From: Rhodospirillaceae bacterium
GTDB lineage: Bacteria; Pseudomonadota; Alphaproteobacteria; UBA6615
Direction of reading: 5' to 3'
NCBI GenBank assembly: GCA_018667335.1
Contig: JABIVD010000016.1
Location: 3,683 to 67,682, forward strand
DNA length: 64,000 bases
A model generated the notes under the pieces. That model did no database searches and was not told where the DNA came from. It saw only the letters and a program-made list of their open reading frames with translations. This document shows, piece by piece, positions 38,614 through 48,545 of the stretch. The translations under genes and the position numbers were made by a program. The stretch's first letter is position 1. Each line of letters starts with the position of its first letter.

Positions 38614-38982
38614 ATGAGCAGATCTTTGTTCGACAAGTACGGCGGTTTTGCGAGCGTCAGCAAGGTCGTGTCTGCGTTCTACGACAAGGCTGTCGACTCC
38701 GACATCATCGGGCCGTACTTCGACGATATCGACATGCGCGCGCAGGTCGATCATCAGACAAAGTTCATTTCATCCCTAATGGGTGGTCCGGCGAGCTATT
38801 CCGACGAGGCGCTGCAAAAAGTGCATTCGGGGCTGCATATTGACCGAACCTCATTCGAGGAAATGGTAAAACTGCTGCACGAAACGCTTGAGGAATTTGC
38901 CTTTGAGCGCGCGGACATCGAACAGATCATGCATGAGATCAATTCGCGCGCCGACATCGTCATCACCCGGCACGATTCGTGA
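38614..38982 (+). CDS. Truncated haemoglobin (group I, 2/2 globin)
   Basis: LFDKYGG start, conserved heme-pocket F/Y residues, proximal His in SHxxLxI (KVHSGLHID). RBS ggggggt. Confidence 0.75.
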   Translation: MSRSLFDKYGGFASVSKVVSAFYDKAVDSDIIGPYFDDIDMRAQVDHQTKFISSLMGGPASYSDEALQKVHSGLHIDRTSFEEMVKLLHETLEEFAFERADIEQIMHEINSRADIVITRHDS

Positions 38983-40061
38983 CGGACGCCGCCCAGGACA
39001 TCTCAATGGACATGGAGCAATTTCGCTCCATGCTGCTCGATTCCGTTGGGGTGGGACTGGCGGTCGTGGATCATGACGGCTTCGGCGTGTTGCTCCACAA
39101 CGCGATGTTCGGCGAATGGTTCCCGGATATCGTTGCCGGCGATTCTACGTTCGCAGACGTGTTGCCGAAGTTCGATGCGGAACTCGTGACGCAGAAAATA
39201 GCAGAGGGCGAGACCTGGAAATGCGAGGTCGAGGTCAAACCGAAGCGGCGTGCGATTTCACTCGCCGTCGAGTTTGTGCCGGCCGCTGGCGCCGGCCACG
39301 GCGAAATTATGGTTCAGTGCCAGAATATTTCGAAGATCAAGGAACTCGAATACATGATCGAGTCCTATTCGAAGATGATCGAGCGCCAGAACCGTGATCT
39401 GAAAAAGGAAAAAGAACGGGTCGAGAAACTGCTGCTCAACATCATGCCGCAGCAGGTTTATGAGGAGTGGAAGGAGTTCGGGGTCACCACGCCGCAACGC
39501 TTCGATAGCGCCTCGGTCCTCATGCTCGATTTTGTCGGCTTTACCCAAATGGCGGTTTCGCAAGAACCGACCAAGCTTATCTCCGAGCTGAACGATATCT
39601 TCACGTCCTTCGATCGGATCGTTGAACAGTTCGGTTGCGAGAGGCTCAAGACGATTGGTGACGCCTATGTCGCCGTGTCCGGGCTACCGGAACAGAATCC
39701 TGATCACGCGCGCAACATCGCCCGTGTGGCGCTGCGTTTCGTGCGATATCTCCACCGCCGAAACGAGAACAGCGAGTTTGAGTGGAAATGCCGCGTCGGC
39801 ATCAACACCGGGGCCGTGATCGGCTCGGTCGTGGGTGTCCAGAAATATGTCTACGACATCTTCGGGCCGGGCGTGAATCTCGCCGCCCGGATCGAGGCAG
39901 TGTGCGAGCCGATGGAGATTCTCGTCGGCCAGGGCACCTACGACGAAATCCAGAACGAGTTCAGGCTAAGCGATTTTGGCGAGCACGAGATCAGGGGGTT
40001 CGGGCCGCAGCAGCTCTACCGCCTCGACGGTGATTTCACCCCGGCAAACGACAGCATCTAG
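38979..40061 (+). CDS. Class III adenylate/guanylate cyclase with an N-terminal PAS-like sensor domain
   Basis: CHD-domain motifs LMLDFVGFT and KTIGDAY plus the transition-state residues. ATGA overlap with the globin gene. Confidence 0.85.
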   Translation: MTDAAQDISMDMEQFRSMLLDSVGVGLAVVDHDGFGVLLHNAMFGEWFPDIVAGDSTFADVLPKFDAELVTQKIAEGETWKCEVEVKPKRRAISLAVEFVPAAGAGHGEIMVQCQNISKIKELEYMIESYSKMIERQNRDLKKEKERVEKLLLNIMPQQVYEEWKEFGVTTPQRFDSASVLMLDFVGFTQMAVSQEPTKLISELNDIFTSFDRIVEQFGCERLKTIGDAYVAVSGLPEQNPDHARNIARVALRFVRYLHRRNENSEFEWKCRVGINTGAVIGSVVGVQKYVYDIFGPGVNLAARIEAVCEPMEILVGQGTYDEIQNEFRLSDFGEHEIRGFGPQQLYRLDGDFTPANDSI

Positions 40062-40068
40062 CGCCGGC

Positions 40069-41343
40069 TCAGGCCGGGAGCCGCAGCACCATGCGGTTGA
40101 TTGCGTTCATGACCTTGTAAAGCTCATCGAACTGGCGCTTGAACGCGTCGTAGTCGAGGTCCGAGCGCTTCTCTCGGATGGCGGCGTGAATCTCGGCCAG
40201 CGACCTGTTGCCATCGCAGAGTGCCACGATCGGCCGCGACAGCGTCGGCACCGCCATGGTGGTTTTCAGTCCATCGGTCGTGACGGTGATTTTGCCGCCG
40301 GTCGGCAGGGCCTTGGCTATGTCTTCGGCATTCAGGTTCGGCAGGTGGGGAGTGACCTGTGGGTCGGCGGTGCTGGGTAGGGCCACGGGGTTATCATCTC
40401 GCACCGCGTAGAAGATGTGCTTCTTGAGATTCCCGGCGAACGATTCTGCGAAGCTCGCCCGCGTGATCTGATCCTGTTCGTGCAGGTGTTTCAGGATACG
40501 CGGGTCGCTGACCAGCCAATCCGGATCATAACGGTAGGGCTCGATGAAGCCCGTCAGGCGCAGGCTGGCCTGCGTAACGAAGTCGGCGATTTCGGGCACC
40601 CGGTAGGCCCGGTCGCGCGAATGCAGGAACAGGTCATAGATCCCCGGATCGCCGCCGCCGACGTGGTCGCGGATCAGGTCGTTGCGCATGATCCATGATG
40701 TGTTGGGCAAATCCGCCGCCAGCCGTTTGGCCATGGCGACCCGTTCATCGTCTGGTATCGCGCCGCCCGGGGCGATCGTCCGCAGCATGTCCTGCATGTG
40801 ATAGACGCCGGTGCGGCCATATTCGCCATAGACCATGACCCCGATACCCCCATCGGGCGCGAGCTGTCCGGCCAGCGCCGTAAGCCCGGCGTCGGGGTCT
40901 TCGAGATGGTGCAGCACACCGCAGCAATCGATGTAGTCCCATGGGCCGGGTGCCACTTTGGCGACGTCGAGCAGGGAGCCGGTCACGAAACGGATATTGT
41001 CCAGCCCACGCATCTTGGCGCGCGCCTGTGCCACCGCTTGGCTGGGGCCGCTCAGGTCGAGATGGACGACCTCGCCGGGCACGTCTGCATCGCGCATGTG
41101 CTGGGCCAGCATGATCGCGGCGTCGCCGGTGCCGCCGCCGGCGACCAGCGCCTTCATTGGCTTCGACAGGTCCCGCGCGCCGCCGAACACATAGTGATTC
41201 AGCTCGAACAGGTTGCTGGGCGAGCCGGCAATCAGGCGGGTTTTCTCGTCGTCCGGATTGCGTTCGGGATAGGGGTAGGATTCATACTGGGATTGTACGC
41301 GTCGATCGCGCGCGTTGGTGTTGTTTGAGACGGGGTCGGTCAT
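40069..41343 (-). CDS. Class I SAM-dependent methyltransferase
   Basis: Motif I ALVAGGGTGDAA, ~420 aa with a long C-terminal extension. Confidence 0.7.
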   Translation of the reverse strand: MTDPVSNNTNARDRRVQSQYESYPYPERNPDDEKTRLIAGSPSNLFELNHYVFGGARDLSKPMKALVAGGGTGDAAIMLAQHMRDADVPGEVVHLDLSGPSQAVAQARAKMRGLDNIRFVTGSLLDVAKVAPGPWDYIDCCGVLHHLEDPDAGLTALAGQLAPDGGIGVMVYGEYGRTGVYHMQDMLRTIAPGGAIPDDERVAMAKRLAADLPNTSWIMRNDLIRDHVGGGDPGIYDLFLHSRDRAYRVPEIADFVTQASLRLTGFIEPYRYDPDWLVSDPRILKHLHEQDQITRASFAESFAGNLKKHIFYAVRDDNPVALPSTADPQVTPHLPNLNAEDIAKALPTGGKITVTTDGLKTTMAVPTLSRPIVALCDGNRSLAEIHAAIREKRSDLDYDAFKRQFDELYKVMNAINRMVLRLPA

Positions 41344-41376
41344 GGGTGTCTCCGCCGTCTAAATCGTGCCGGTGCG

Positions 41377-42360
41377 TCAGCCATCAATATCGATGACCAG
41401 CCGACCCGTGGCCTGGCGTCCTTCGAGCATGGCGAGGGCCTTGGCCACGTCGGCCAGCGGCAGCACCTGAGACACATGAGGGTTCAGTTTCCCGTCGGCC
41501 CACCATTGGGCGAGCTCCGCGAAACCGTCCCGGAAGGTCTCTGGTTCACGTGTCCGGTAGGCGCCCCAATAGACGCCGACGATCGAGATGTTTTTGACCA
41601 GCAGGTAGTTTGATGGAAACTCCGGCACATCGCCGCTGGCGAAGCCGATCACGAGCAATCGGCCGGACCAGGCCAGCGAACGCATCGCAGTTTGCGCCAA
41701 CGCGCCACCAACCGGATCGTAGACGACATCGACGCCCTGTCCGTCGGTGATCTTTTTCAATGTGCCGCGTAGATCCTCTTCGGCGTAATTTATCAAATGA
41801 TCAGCACCGCGCGCACGGGCCAGTTCGAGCTTCTCCGCCGTGGATGCTGCCGCGATGACGGTCGCGCCCAGCGCCTTGCCGCACTCGATAGCCGTCAGGC
41901 CGACACCGCCGCCGGCGCCCAGAACGAGCAATGTCTCGCCGGCTTTCAGCTTCGCCCGGTGGACCAGCGCCAGGTGGGACGTGCCGTAGGCGACGGGAAA
42001 CGCCGCCGCCGTCATGTTGTCCATGCCATCGGGGATGTGAAATACGGTGGTGGCTTCGCAAACCGCCTGCTCGGCATATGCGCCAGCGGACACGACGGCC
42101 ATCACCCGGTCGCCGGGTTTGAAATCGGTGACGCCGTCGCCGACTTCCATGACCTCGCCCGCGCCCTCGAGGCCGGGTGCGAAGGGCAGGTCGGGCTTCT
42201 CCTGATATTGTCCGCGCACAAGGACGCAATCCGCGAAGTTCACCCCGGCGGCGCGCATCCGGATGCGGACCTGGCCGGGGCCGAGGGCCGGTTCGGGCAG
42301 CTCGCCCAATTCGAGGGTGTCCGGGTCGCCCCAGTCCTTGCAGATGATTGCGCGCATCAA
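41377..42360 (-). CDS. NADPH:quinone oxidoreductase / MDR-superfamily zinc-independent dehydrogenase
   Basis: GroES-like N-terminal domain plus the Rossmann motif LVLGAGGGVGLTAI. Confidence 0.85.
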   Translation of the reverse strand: MMRAIICKDWGDPDTLELGELPEPALGPGQVRIRMRAAGVNFADCVLVRGQYQEKPDLPFAPGLEGAGEVMEVGDGVTDFKPGDRVMAVVSAGAYAEQAVCEATTVFHIPDGMDNMTAAAFPVAYGTSHLALVHRAKLKAGETLLVLGAGGGVGLTAIECGKALGATVIAAASTAEKLELARARGADHLINYAEEDLRGTLKKITDGQGVDVVYDPVGGALAQTAMRSLAWSGRLLVIGFASGDVPEFPSNYLLVKNISIVGVYWGAYRTREPETFRDGFAELAQWWADGKLNPHVSQVLPLADVAKALAMLEGRQATGRLVIDIDG

Positions 42361-42510
42361 TTTCGTACTCCTGCCTGACGAGACGCCGAACGTGGCTGAA
42401 TTTTGTAACGCGCCGACCTCGCGACCCGCTCAATTGATTTGGACCGGGTTGTACCGGTCGGTCAATGCCTCTTGTTGCCTCGGCCCCGGAGGCCATGCAA
42501 GTAAGGTCCG

Positions 42511-43059
42511 ATGAGCGACACGAGAATGCGTGGATATTTTGGAATTGGCGTCGAGGGAATCTCGAAGCCGATGAATGTGGGCGCGATCATGCGCACCGCC
42601 CACGCATTCGACGCGAGCTTCGTCTTCACGATCGACGCGGTCTACGCCAAGCGTGAAGGCGGGCGATCGGATACCTCGGATGCGCCCGAGCATCTGCCGC
42701 TGCATGAATTCGATACGCTCGATGATTTTCGCCTCCCGCGCGGCTGCGACCTGGTCGGGATCGAACTCATCGAGGACTCCACCGATTTGCCGAGTTTTCG
42801 GCACCCGCGCCAGGCCGCCTACGTGCTGGGCCCGGAACGAGGATCCCTGTCTCCGGCGCTCGTCGAACGCTGCGACCATGTGGTGAAAATTCCCACCCGC
42901 TTCTGCGTCAATGTCGGCGTGGCGGCGGCGATCGTGATGTATGACCGGGTGTTGACCCTGGGCCGATATCCACCGCGCCCGATGACGCCGGGGGGCCCGC
43001 TCGAGGCGTTGCCCGAGCATGTGCATGGCAACCCCGTGCTTCGGCGTCCCCGGAACTGA
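42511..43059 (+). CDS. RNA methyltransferase, TrmH/SpoU family
   Basis: SPOUT-type blocks FGIGVEGISKPMNVGAIMRTAHAF and LGPERGSL. Confidence 0.7.
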   Translation: MSDTRMRGYFGIGVEGISKPMNVGAIMRTAHAFDASFVFTIDAVYAKREGGRSDTSDAPEHLPLHEFDTLDDFRLPRGCDLVGIELIEDSTDLPSFRHPRQAAYVLGPERGSLSPALVERCDHVVKIPTRFCVNVGVAAAIVMYDRVLTLGRYPPRPMTPGGPLEALPEHVHGNPVLRRPRN

Positions 43060-43137
43060 GAAAAGGCCGAACAATAACAAGACGTTGATCGGTTCGGGGC
43101 TTGGCAAGACTCGGCGCAGCTTGGTATTGGCCGAGTC

Positions 43138-43662
43138 ATGATCGCAATCACCAGATTTTCCCTTTTGGCAGCGGCCCTTGTGCTGACAGTGGCGTTCCTG
43201 GCGCCGTCCACCGGACATGCGCAGGAAGCCAAGCGTATTGGTCAGCATGGCGACTGGGACGCCTACACACGCGGTACCGGAAACAGCCAGTTTTGCTACA
43301 TGGTCTCGAAGCCGCAGACCGCGAGCCTGCAGTCGCGGCGCGGCGAGATTTTCTTCCTGGTTTGGCACCGGCCCGGCCAGAAAGAATTCGATGTGGTGCA
43401 GGTCGATATTGGCTACCCATTCAAGGACGCATCCGAAGTCGAGGTGCGCATCGGTGGGGATTCCTGGTCCCTGTTCACCAAGGATGAGAGCGCCTGGGCT
43501 TACAAACAGGCCGATGATGTGGCGCTCGTCGCGGCACTGCGCAAAGGCGCGCGCATGACGGTTAAGGGAACGTCCAGCCGGAACAACCCGACCACCGATA
43601 GCTATTCCCTGAAGGGAACGAGCGCTGCATACGCCGCCATCAACAAGGCGTGTGGCCGCTAG
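43138..43662 (+). CDS. Invasion-associated locus B (IalB) family protein
   Basis: Signal peptide plus the IalB-like pattern (DWDAYTRGTGNSQFCYMVSKP ... TVKGTSSRNNPTTDSYSLKGTSAAYAAI). Confidence 0.7.
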   Translation: MIAITRFSLLAAALVLTVAFLAPSTGHAQEAKRIGQHGDWDAYTRGTGNSQFCYMVSKPQTASLQSRRGEIFFLVWHRPGQKEFDVVQVDIGYPFKDASEVEVRIGGDSWSLFTKDESAWAYKQADDVALVAALRKGARMTVKGTSSRNNPTTDSYSLKGTSAAYAAINKACGR

Positions 43663-43925
43663 AGCGGATAGTCGCGCGCGGGGTCGACGCCGGCATCCCG
43701 GATGAACTTCGAAATTCGCCGCACCTCGGCGGGGTCCAATGTGTGTTGGGGGTGGTGAAATTCAGCGAAGTGCTCGTTCAGCCGAAATCCGATTCTGCCC
43801 CCGTGTCGCTGCTCAATTGTTCCCCCCAGTTCCTCGATAACTGATTCGACGGCCCGGGGCGCTATGTTGGCGCTGACCGGATGGGCAAACAGGGAATGCA
43901 GTACCTTGCGGTGTTTGTGATTCAT
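43659..43925 (-). CDS. Hypothetical small protein (88 aa), weakly HicA-like
   Basis: Start at MNHKHRK. An ...FHHP... stretch is reminiscent of the HicA GSHHxxxHP motif, but no HicB partner is adjacent. Confidence 0.3.
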   Translation of the reverse strand: MNHKHRKVLHSLFAHPVSANIAPRAVESVIEELGGTIEQRHGGRIGFRLNEHFAEFHHPQHTLDPAEVRRISKFIRDAGVDPARDYPL

Positions 43926-44061
43926 GATCGGCCTTCGCGTCTGTGGTCTGAGTGTCGACGCCACCCAGTCTGGGCTTGCGGACGGAAGTTGCATTGATCT
44001 AGCTCAGAACCGTGGTTGCAATCGGTTGCGTTCACCCGCCGTCGGGCCTATGTGAACCGTC

Positions 44062-45192
44062 ATGCCGATCACATCCGAACAATTCGCAGCCCCGGCGGCT
44101 GATGGCGACGGCCCGATTAACCTGATCGGGATGAATCGGGCTGAACTGACGGCGACCCTTGAGACCCTCGATGAGCCGCGGTTTCGCGCCGATCAGCTGT
44201 TCAAGTGGATCTACGGGCGCGGCGCCACCGAGTTCGACCAGATGACCAATCTGTCGAAAACCCTGCGCGCCAAGCTGGCCGACCGCTATGTCGTCGCCCG
44301 ACCGCAGATTTCGCAAGACCTTTCCTCGAACGACGGAACCCACAAATGGCTGTTGCGCCTGGATGACGGGAACGAGGTCGAGTGCGTGCACATTCCGGAA
44401 TCCGACCGCGGCACCTTGTGCGTATCGAGCCAGGTCGGCTGCACCCTGAATTGCCGGTTCTGTCATACGGGCACCCAGCGCCTGGTGCGCAATCTCGGCC
44501 CGGCGGAGATTGTCGGGCAGATCATGCTGGCGCGTGATCATCTGGGCGAATGGCCGACTGCGGAACGGCCGTCCATCTACGAGCGCGAACTCAGCAACAT
44601 CGTCATGATGGGCATGGGCGAGCCGCTCTACAATTTCGACAATGTATCGGCGGCCCTGAAGATCGCCATGGACGATGCAGGGATCGCGATTTCGCGCCGC
44701 CGCATCACCCTGTCGACCGCCGGCGTCGTGCCCCTGATCGAGCGGTGCGGCACCGAGCTTGGGGTGAATTTGGCAGTGTCCCTGCACGCGGCGCGCAACG
44801 ACCTTCGTGACGAGATCGTGCCGATCAACCGCAAATATCCGATCGAGGAACTCATGGCGGCATGCCGGGACTATCCCGGCGTGCGCAACTCCCGACGCAT
44901 CACCTTCGAGTATGTGATGCTGCGTGGCGTCAATGACAGCGATGCCGATGCGCGCGAGTTGGTGCGTGTAATCGCGGGGATCCCGTCGAAGGTCAATTTG
45001 ATCCCGTTCAATCCGTGGCCGGGCGCGCCCTATGACCGCTCGACAGACGAAAGAATCGAGGCGTTTGCCGAGATCGTTCGCGCTGCGGGCTATCCGTCGC
45101 CGGTGCGCACCCCGCGCGGCGAAGACATCATGGCGGCCTGCGGACAGCTCAAGTCCGAAAGCGAGCGCCCGAGCCGCACCGCAACCGGCTGA
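44062..45192 (+). CDS. rlmN: 23S rRNA (adenine2503-C2)/tRNA methyltransferase RlmN (radical SAM)
   Basis: CxxxCxxC radical-SAM cluster [11 protein letters not shown], plus RlmN-specific blocks. Confidence 0.9.
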   Translation: MPITSEQFAAPAADGDGPINLIGMNRAELTATLETLDEPRFRADQLFKWIYGRGATEFDQMTNLSKTLRAKLADRYVVARPQISQDLSSNDGTHKWLLRLDDGNEVECVHIPESDRGTLCVSSQVGCTLNCRFCHTGTQRLVRNLGPAEIVGQIMLARDHLGEWPTAERPSIYERELSNIVMMGMGEPLYNFDNVSAALKIAMDDAGIAISRRRITLSTAGVVPLIERCGTELGVNLAVSLHAARNDLRDEIVPINRKYPIEELMAACRDYPGVRNSRRITFEYVMLRGVNDSDADARELVRVIAGIPSKVNLIPFNPWPGAPYDRSTDERIEAFAEIVRAAGYPSPVRTPRGEDIMAACGQLKSESERPSRTATG

Positions 45193-45323
45193 TATTAAAA
45201 AGGTTTTTCCTCTCGCGCATTCGTGTTCTTGCCTGTTTGGCCCCGCGCCACTACTTTCAGGGCAAGGGAAGAGGACACCACACCCAAGATCCGTGAGCGC
45301 AACTGACGCGGGATCGACGGGAC

Positions 45324-45572
45324 ATGATCGACGATTTTATAATGGGACTGGCCCTCGCCATTTTTGGCGGGACACTTGCTGTCATTGGTTTGCCGACCAT
45401 ACGGCGTTGGCGTATGCCCTCTCTGACACCACATCACTCAAGCCGCACCGGTCGCGCCGTGCGCGTCGTGATGTCGACGCTGGCAATCGGCACCGGCGTT
45501 CCGCTGGCGTTGGCCGGGCTGGCCATGGTCGCGGCGGCTCTGGCCGGCATGCGGATAATCTGGCCAATCTGA
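45324..45572 (+). CDS. Hypothetical small membrane protein (82 aa)
   Basis: Two hydrophobic helices. No family recognised. Confidence 0.25.
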   Translation: MIDDFIMGLALAIFGGTLAVIGLPTIRRWRMPSLTPHHSSRTGRAVRVVMSTLAIGTGVPLALAGLAMVAAALAGMRIIWPI

Positions 45573-45674
45573 GTTCAGAAATCCGTCCGTGATTGCCAGC
45601 ACCTGTGCTTGCTACAGGGACGGGCGCGACTATACTCCGCCGCGATTTACGCAGAAGCAAAACGGATCAGAGAC

Positions 45675-46886
45675 ATGGCGTCAGATGACGTGAAAAAAGT
45701 CGTGCTCGCCTATTCGGGTGGCCTCGATACTTCGGTCATTCTCAAATGGCTGGTGGAGACCTATGACTGTGAGGTGGTGACCTTCACCGCCGATCTGGGC
45801 CAGGGCGAGGAGCTTGAGCCGGCCCGGGCCAAGGCCGAGATGTTCGGCGTCAAGGAAATCTACATCGAGGATCTGCGCGAAGAGTTCGTGCGCGACTACG
45901 TGTTCCCGATGTTCCGGGCCAACGCGCTGTATGAGGGTGTGTATCTGCTCGGCACTTCGATCGCCCGCCCGCTGATCGCCAAGCGCCAGATCGAGATCGC
46001 CCATGAGACAGGTGCCGATGCCGTGTCCCATGGGGCGACGGGCAAGGGCAACGACCAGGTCCGCTTCGAACTCGGCTATTACGCACTCGACCCCGATATC
46101 AAGGTGATCGCGCCCTGGCGGGAGTGGGACCTGACCTCGCGGACCAAGTTGATTGAATTCGCCGAGAAGCACCAGATTCCGATCGCCAAGGACAAGCGTG
46201 GCGAGGCGCCGTTCTCCGTGGATGCGAACCTGCTGCACATCTCGGCGGAGGGCAAGGTCCTCGAGGATCCCTGGCACGAGCCCGAGGAGTATCTGTTTTC
46301 ACGTTCGGTCTCACCCGAAGCAGCGCCGGACACGCCGACCTATATCGAGATCGGCTTCGAAGCCGGCGATCCCGTCTCGATCGACGGCGAGAAGATGTCG
46401 CCCGCGACGCTCCTCACGAAACTGAACAAGCTCGGCGGCGCGAACGGAATTGGCCGGCTCGACCTGGTCGAGAACCGGTTCGTCGGCATGAAGTCTCGCG
46501 GCGTCTACGAGACGCCCGGTGGCACCGTCATGCATGTCGCGCACAGGGCGATGGAATCGCTCACCCTTGACCGGGAGGCCACGCACCTCAAGGACGAGTT
46601 GATGCCGCGCTACGCGAAACTCGTCTACAACGGCTTCTGGTTCGCGCCGGAGCGCGAGATGATCCAGGCGCTGGTCGACAAGAGCCAGGAGCATGTCTCC
46701 GGCACGGTCCGGCTAAAGCTCTACAAGGGCAATGTGGTCGTGGTCGGCCGGAAATCGCCGAACAGCCTCTATTCCCTCGACCATGTCACCTTCGAGGATG
46801 ACGAGGTCTATGACCAGCGTGACGCCGAGGGCTTCATCAAGCTGCAGGCCTTGCGCCTGCGCCTCGCCAAGGCGCTGCGGGACTAG
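45675..46886 (+). CDS. argG: Argininosuccinate synthase
   Basis: [11 protein letters not shown]-loop and near full-length conservation. Confidence 0.9.
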   Translation: MASDDVKKVVLAYSGGLDTSVILKWLVETYDCEVVTFTADLGQGEELEPARAKAEMFGVKEIYIEDLREEFVRDYVFPMFRANALYEGVYLLGTSIARPLIAKRQIEIAHETGADAVSHGATGKGNDQVRFELGYYALDPDIKVIAPWREWDLTSRTKLIEFAEKHQIPIAKDKRGEAPFSVDANLLHISAEGKVLEDPWHEPEEYLFSRSVSPEAAPDTPTYIEIGFEAGDPVSIDGEKMSPATLLTKLNKLGGANGIGRLDLVENRFVGMKSRGVYETPGGTVMHVAHRAMESLTLDREATHLKDELMPRYAKLVYNGFWFAPEREMIQALVDKSQEHVSGTVRLKLYKGNVVVVGRKSPNSLYSLDHVTFEDDEVYDQRDAEGFIKLQALRLRLAKALRD

Positions 46887-46907
46887 GGGCGGGACGCCCG
46901 ACCGGGT

Positions 46908-47303
46908 CTAGCCCTCGATCTTCGCCATTTCGGCCATCTTCTCGTCGGCGTCGTCGGCCTTGTTGTAATCCTGAGCCAGGCGTCCGTCGCCGGCCGGGCT
47001 CTTGCAGGTGAAGAAGAGACAATGTCCCTCCACCGGCAGAATACCGTGGCGCATGTTGCGCGAGATATGCACGAGGTCGCCCGGCTCGATCGTGGTGGTC
47101 TCGTCGCCGAGCACCATGCGCAGCTTGCCCTCGAGGACGTAGATGAACTGTTCCTCGTTGGGGTGAAAATGCGGCGGGGGTGCGACCCCTTCGTCGTAGC
47201 GGACGAGGCCGACCTTCATGAACTCGCCGATGAACGTCTTCATCAGCGCCGGCGCGGTGTCGTCGGGCTGGTATTCAATTTCATTGGTGCGATAGATCGA
47301 CAT
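46908..47303 (-). CDS. Cupin-domain protein, paralogue of 7492..7893
   Basis: PHFHPNEEQFIYVLEGKL ... GDLVHISRNMRHG. Start at MSIYRTNE. Confidence 0.75.
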   Translation of the reverse strand: MSIYRTNEIEYQPDDTAPALMKTFIGEFMKVGLVRYDEGVAPPPHFHPNEEQFIYVLEGKLRMVLGDETTTIEPGDLVHISRNMRHGILPVEGHCLFFTCKSPAGDGRLAQDYNKADDADEKMAEMAKIEG

Positions 47304-47340
47304 CGGTGTGTTCCCCTTATGTGTTCTGCTTTTTGAAACC

Positions 47341-48042
47341 CTAGCTGAGCCCCGGCCAGGCCGCCACATCGAGCACGAAGGGGTGGAGCCAGACGAGACC
47401 CAGATAGATCGCGACGGTCAGCAACAAACGCCACCAGCCGATCCCGGGCCAGTCGAAGCTGGTACGCTTCGACAGGATGGCGCCGAAGGGGACGAGGCTG
47501 GTGGTCAGCATGATCGGGCCCCAGTCCGCGCCAAACAGGAACTCGCGCCGCCTGTCGATGCGGAACATCCCGACCACGCTCAGGATCAGAAATCCGGCAA
47601 ACAGGATGATGGCGCGTGTGTCGCCGTTGACGACGAGATGCGCCGCGGCCCACAGGGACATGCCGTTGAGGAACGGGTGCCGGGTGATGCGGATGATGCC
47701 GCGTGTCAGATCGCGGCCAGGCTCGTCGGGTTTGTTTCCGGCGATTGTCGGTGACGGGGTGGTCACGCCGCAGACGATCAGGAACAGCGCCAGCGGCATC
47801 GCGAATGCGGGGAGCCAGAGCAGAGCGTCCGGCGTTTTCCAGAGTTGTTCGATCGGCGCGCGTATGAACGCCAGCACCATCCAGGCAAACACCGCGACCA
47901 TTAAAATCGAGTAGTAGGCGAGGAACCGCGTTTCCCCCAACTTTTCGATCAACGCCAACCGGACGGGCATGCTCGACAGCATGAAGTGGCCACCCACGAA
48001 CAGCGCGGTTGCGGCAAAAAGCACATCCAGACTGCCGACCAT
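47341..48042 (-). CDS. NnrU-family membrane protein
   Basis: ~230 aa with a multi-TM profile resembling NnrU / 15-cis-zeta-carotene-isomerase-like proteins. Confidence 0.6.
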   Translation of the reverse strand: MVGSLDVLFAATALFVGGHFMLSSMPVRLALIEKLGETRFLAYYSILMVAVFAWMVLAFIRAPIEQLWKTPDALLWLPAFAMPLALFLIVCGVTTPSPTIAGNKPDEPGRDLTRGIIRITRHPFLNGMSLWAAAHLVVNGDTRAIILFAGFLILSVVGMFRIDRRREFLFGADWGPIMLTTSLVPFGAILSKRTSFDWPGIGWWRLLLTVAIYLGLVWLHPFVLDVAAWPGLS

Positions 48043-48165
48043 GGTTTCCCCCTGTAGTCCTCAAATGTAGCGCCGATTATCTGTTCGGAATGCGGGCGCG
48101 TCCAGTCACACCCTCCTGCATGTTACCGGGCCTGCATGCGAGCCGGAGGTGTGCTAGTCAGGGAT

Positions 48166-48510
48166 ATGACCGATACGAATGAAACCAACGAAACCAACGA
48201 CACGAACGACACCGGGGATGCGCTCCCCACGACCGACCCGGTCGCGGCGGTGATCCTCGAACAGCTCGCGGCGGCGAAGCCGGGCGGGTCGCTCTCGCCC
48301 GAAGACGTGGCGCGCGCTGTCGCAGATGCGCGGCGCAAACCCAACGATCCGCCCGATCTCTGGCGGCGCTATATGTCGGCCGTCAAGCAACAGGCGATTC
48401 ACCTCGCCCGCGCCGGTTCGATCCAGGTGCTGCGCAAGGGCCAGCCGGTTGAGGACCCTGCGCGCGTAAAGGGCGTCATCCGCTACCGGTTGCCGACCCT
48501 GCGCGCGTAA
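48166..48510 (+). CDS. DUF3253-like small protein with N-terminal TNETNETNDTNDT repeat
   Basis: RBS agggat. The 3' end lies inside a 41-bp tandem duplication that adds LRA before the stop. Confidence 0.5.
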   Translation: MTDTNETNETNDTNDTGDALPTTDPVAAVILEQLAAAKPGGSLSPEDVARAVADARRKPNDPPDLWRRYMSAVKQQAIHLARAGSIQVLRKGQPVEDPARVKGVIRYRLPTLRA

Positions 48511-48535
48511 AGGGCGTCATCCGCTACCGGTTGCC
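48454..48535. repeat. 41-bp perfect tandem duplication (x2, plus a 5-bp partial third copy)
   Basis: gaccctgcgcgcgtaaagggcgtcatccgctaccggttgcc occurs twice back to back, then gacct. Confidence 0.9.
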
Positions 48536-48545
48536 GACCTAGGAA

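Noticed and set aside
43659-43925. HicA-family toxin call for the 88-aa protein
   Set aside because: Only a loose FHHP resemblance and no adjacent HicB antitoxin gene. Kept as hypothetical.
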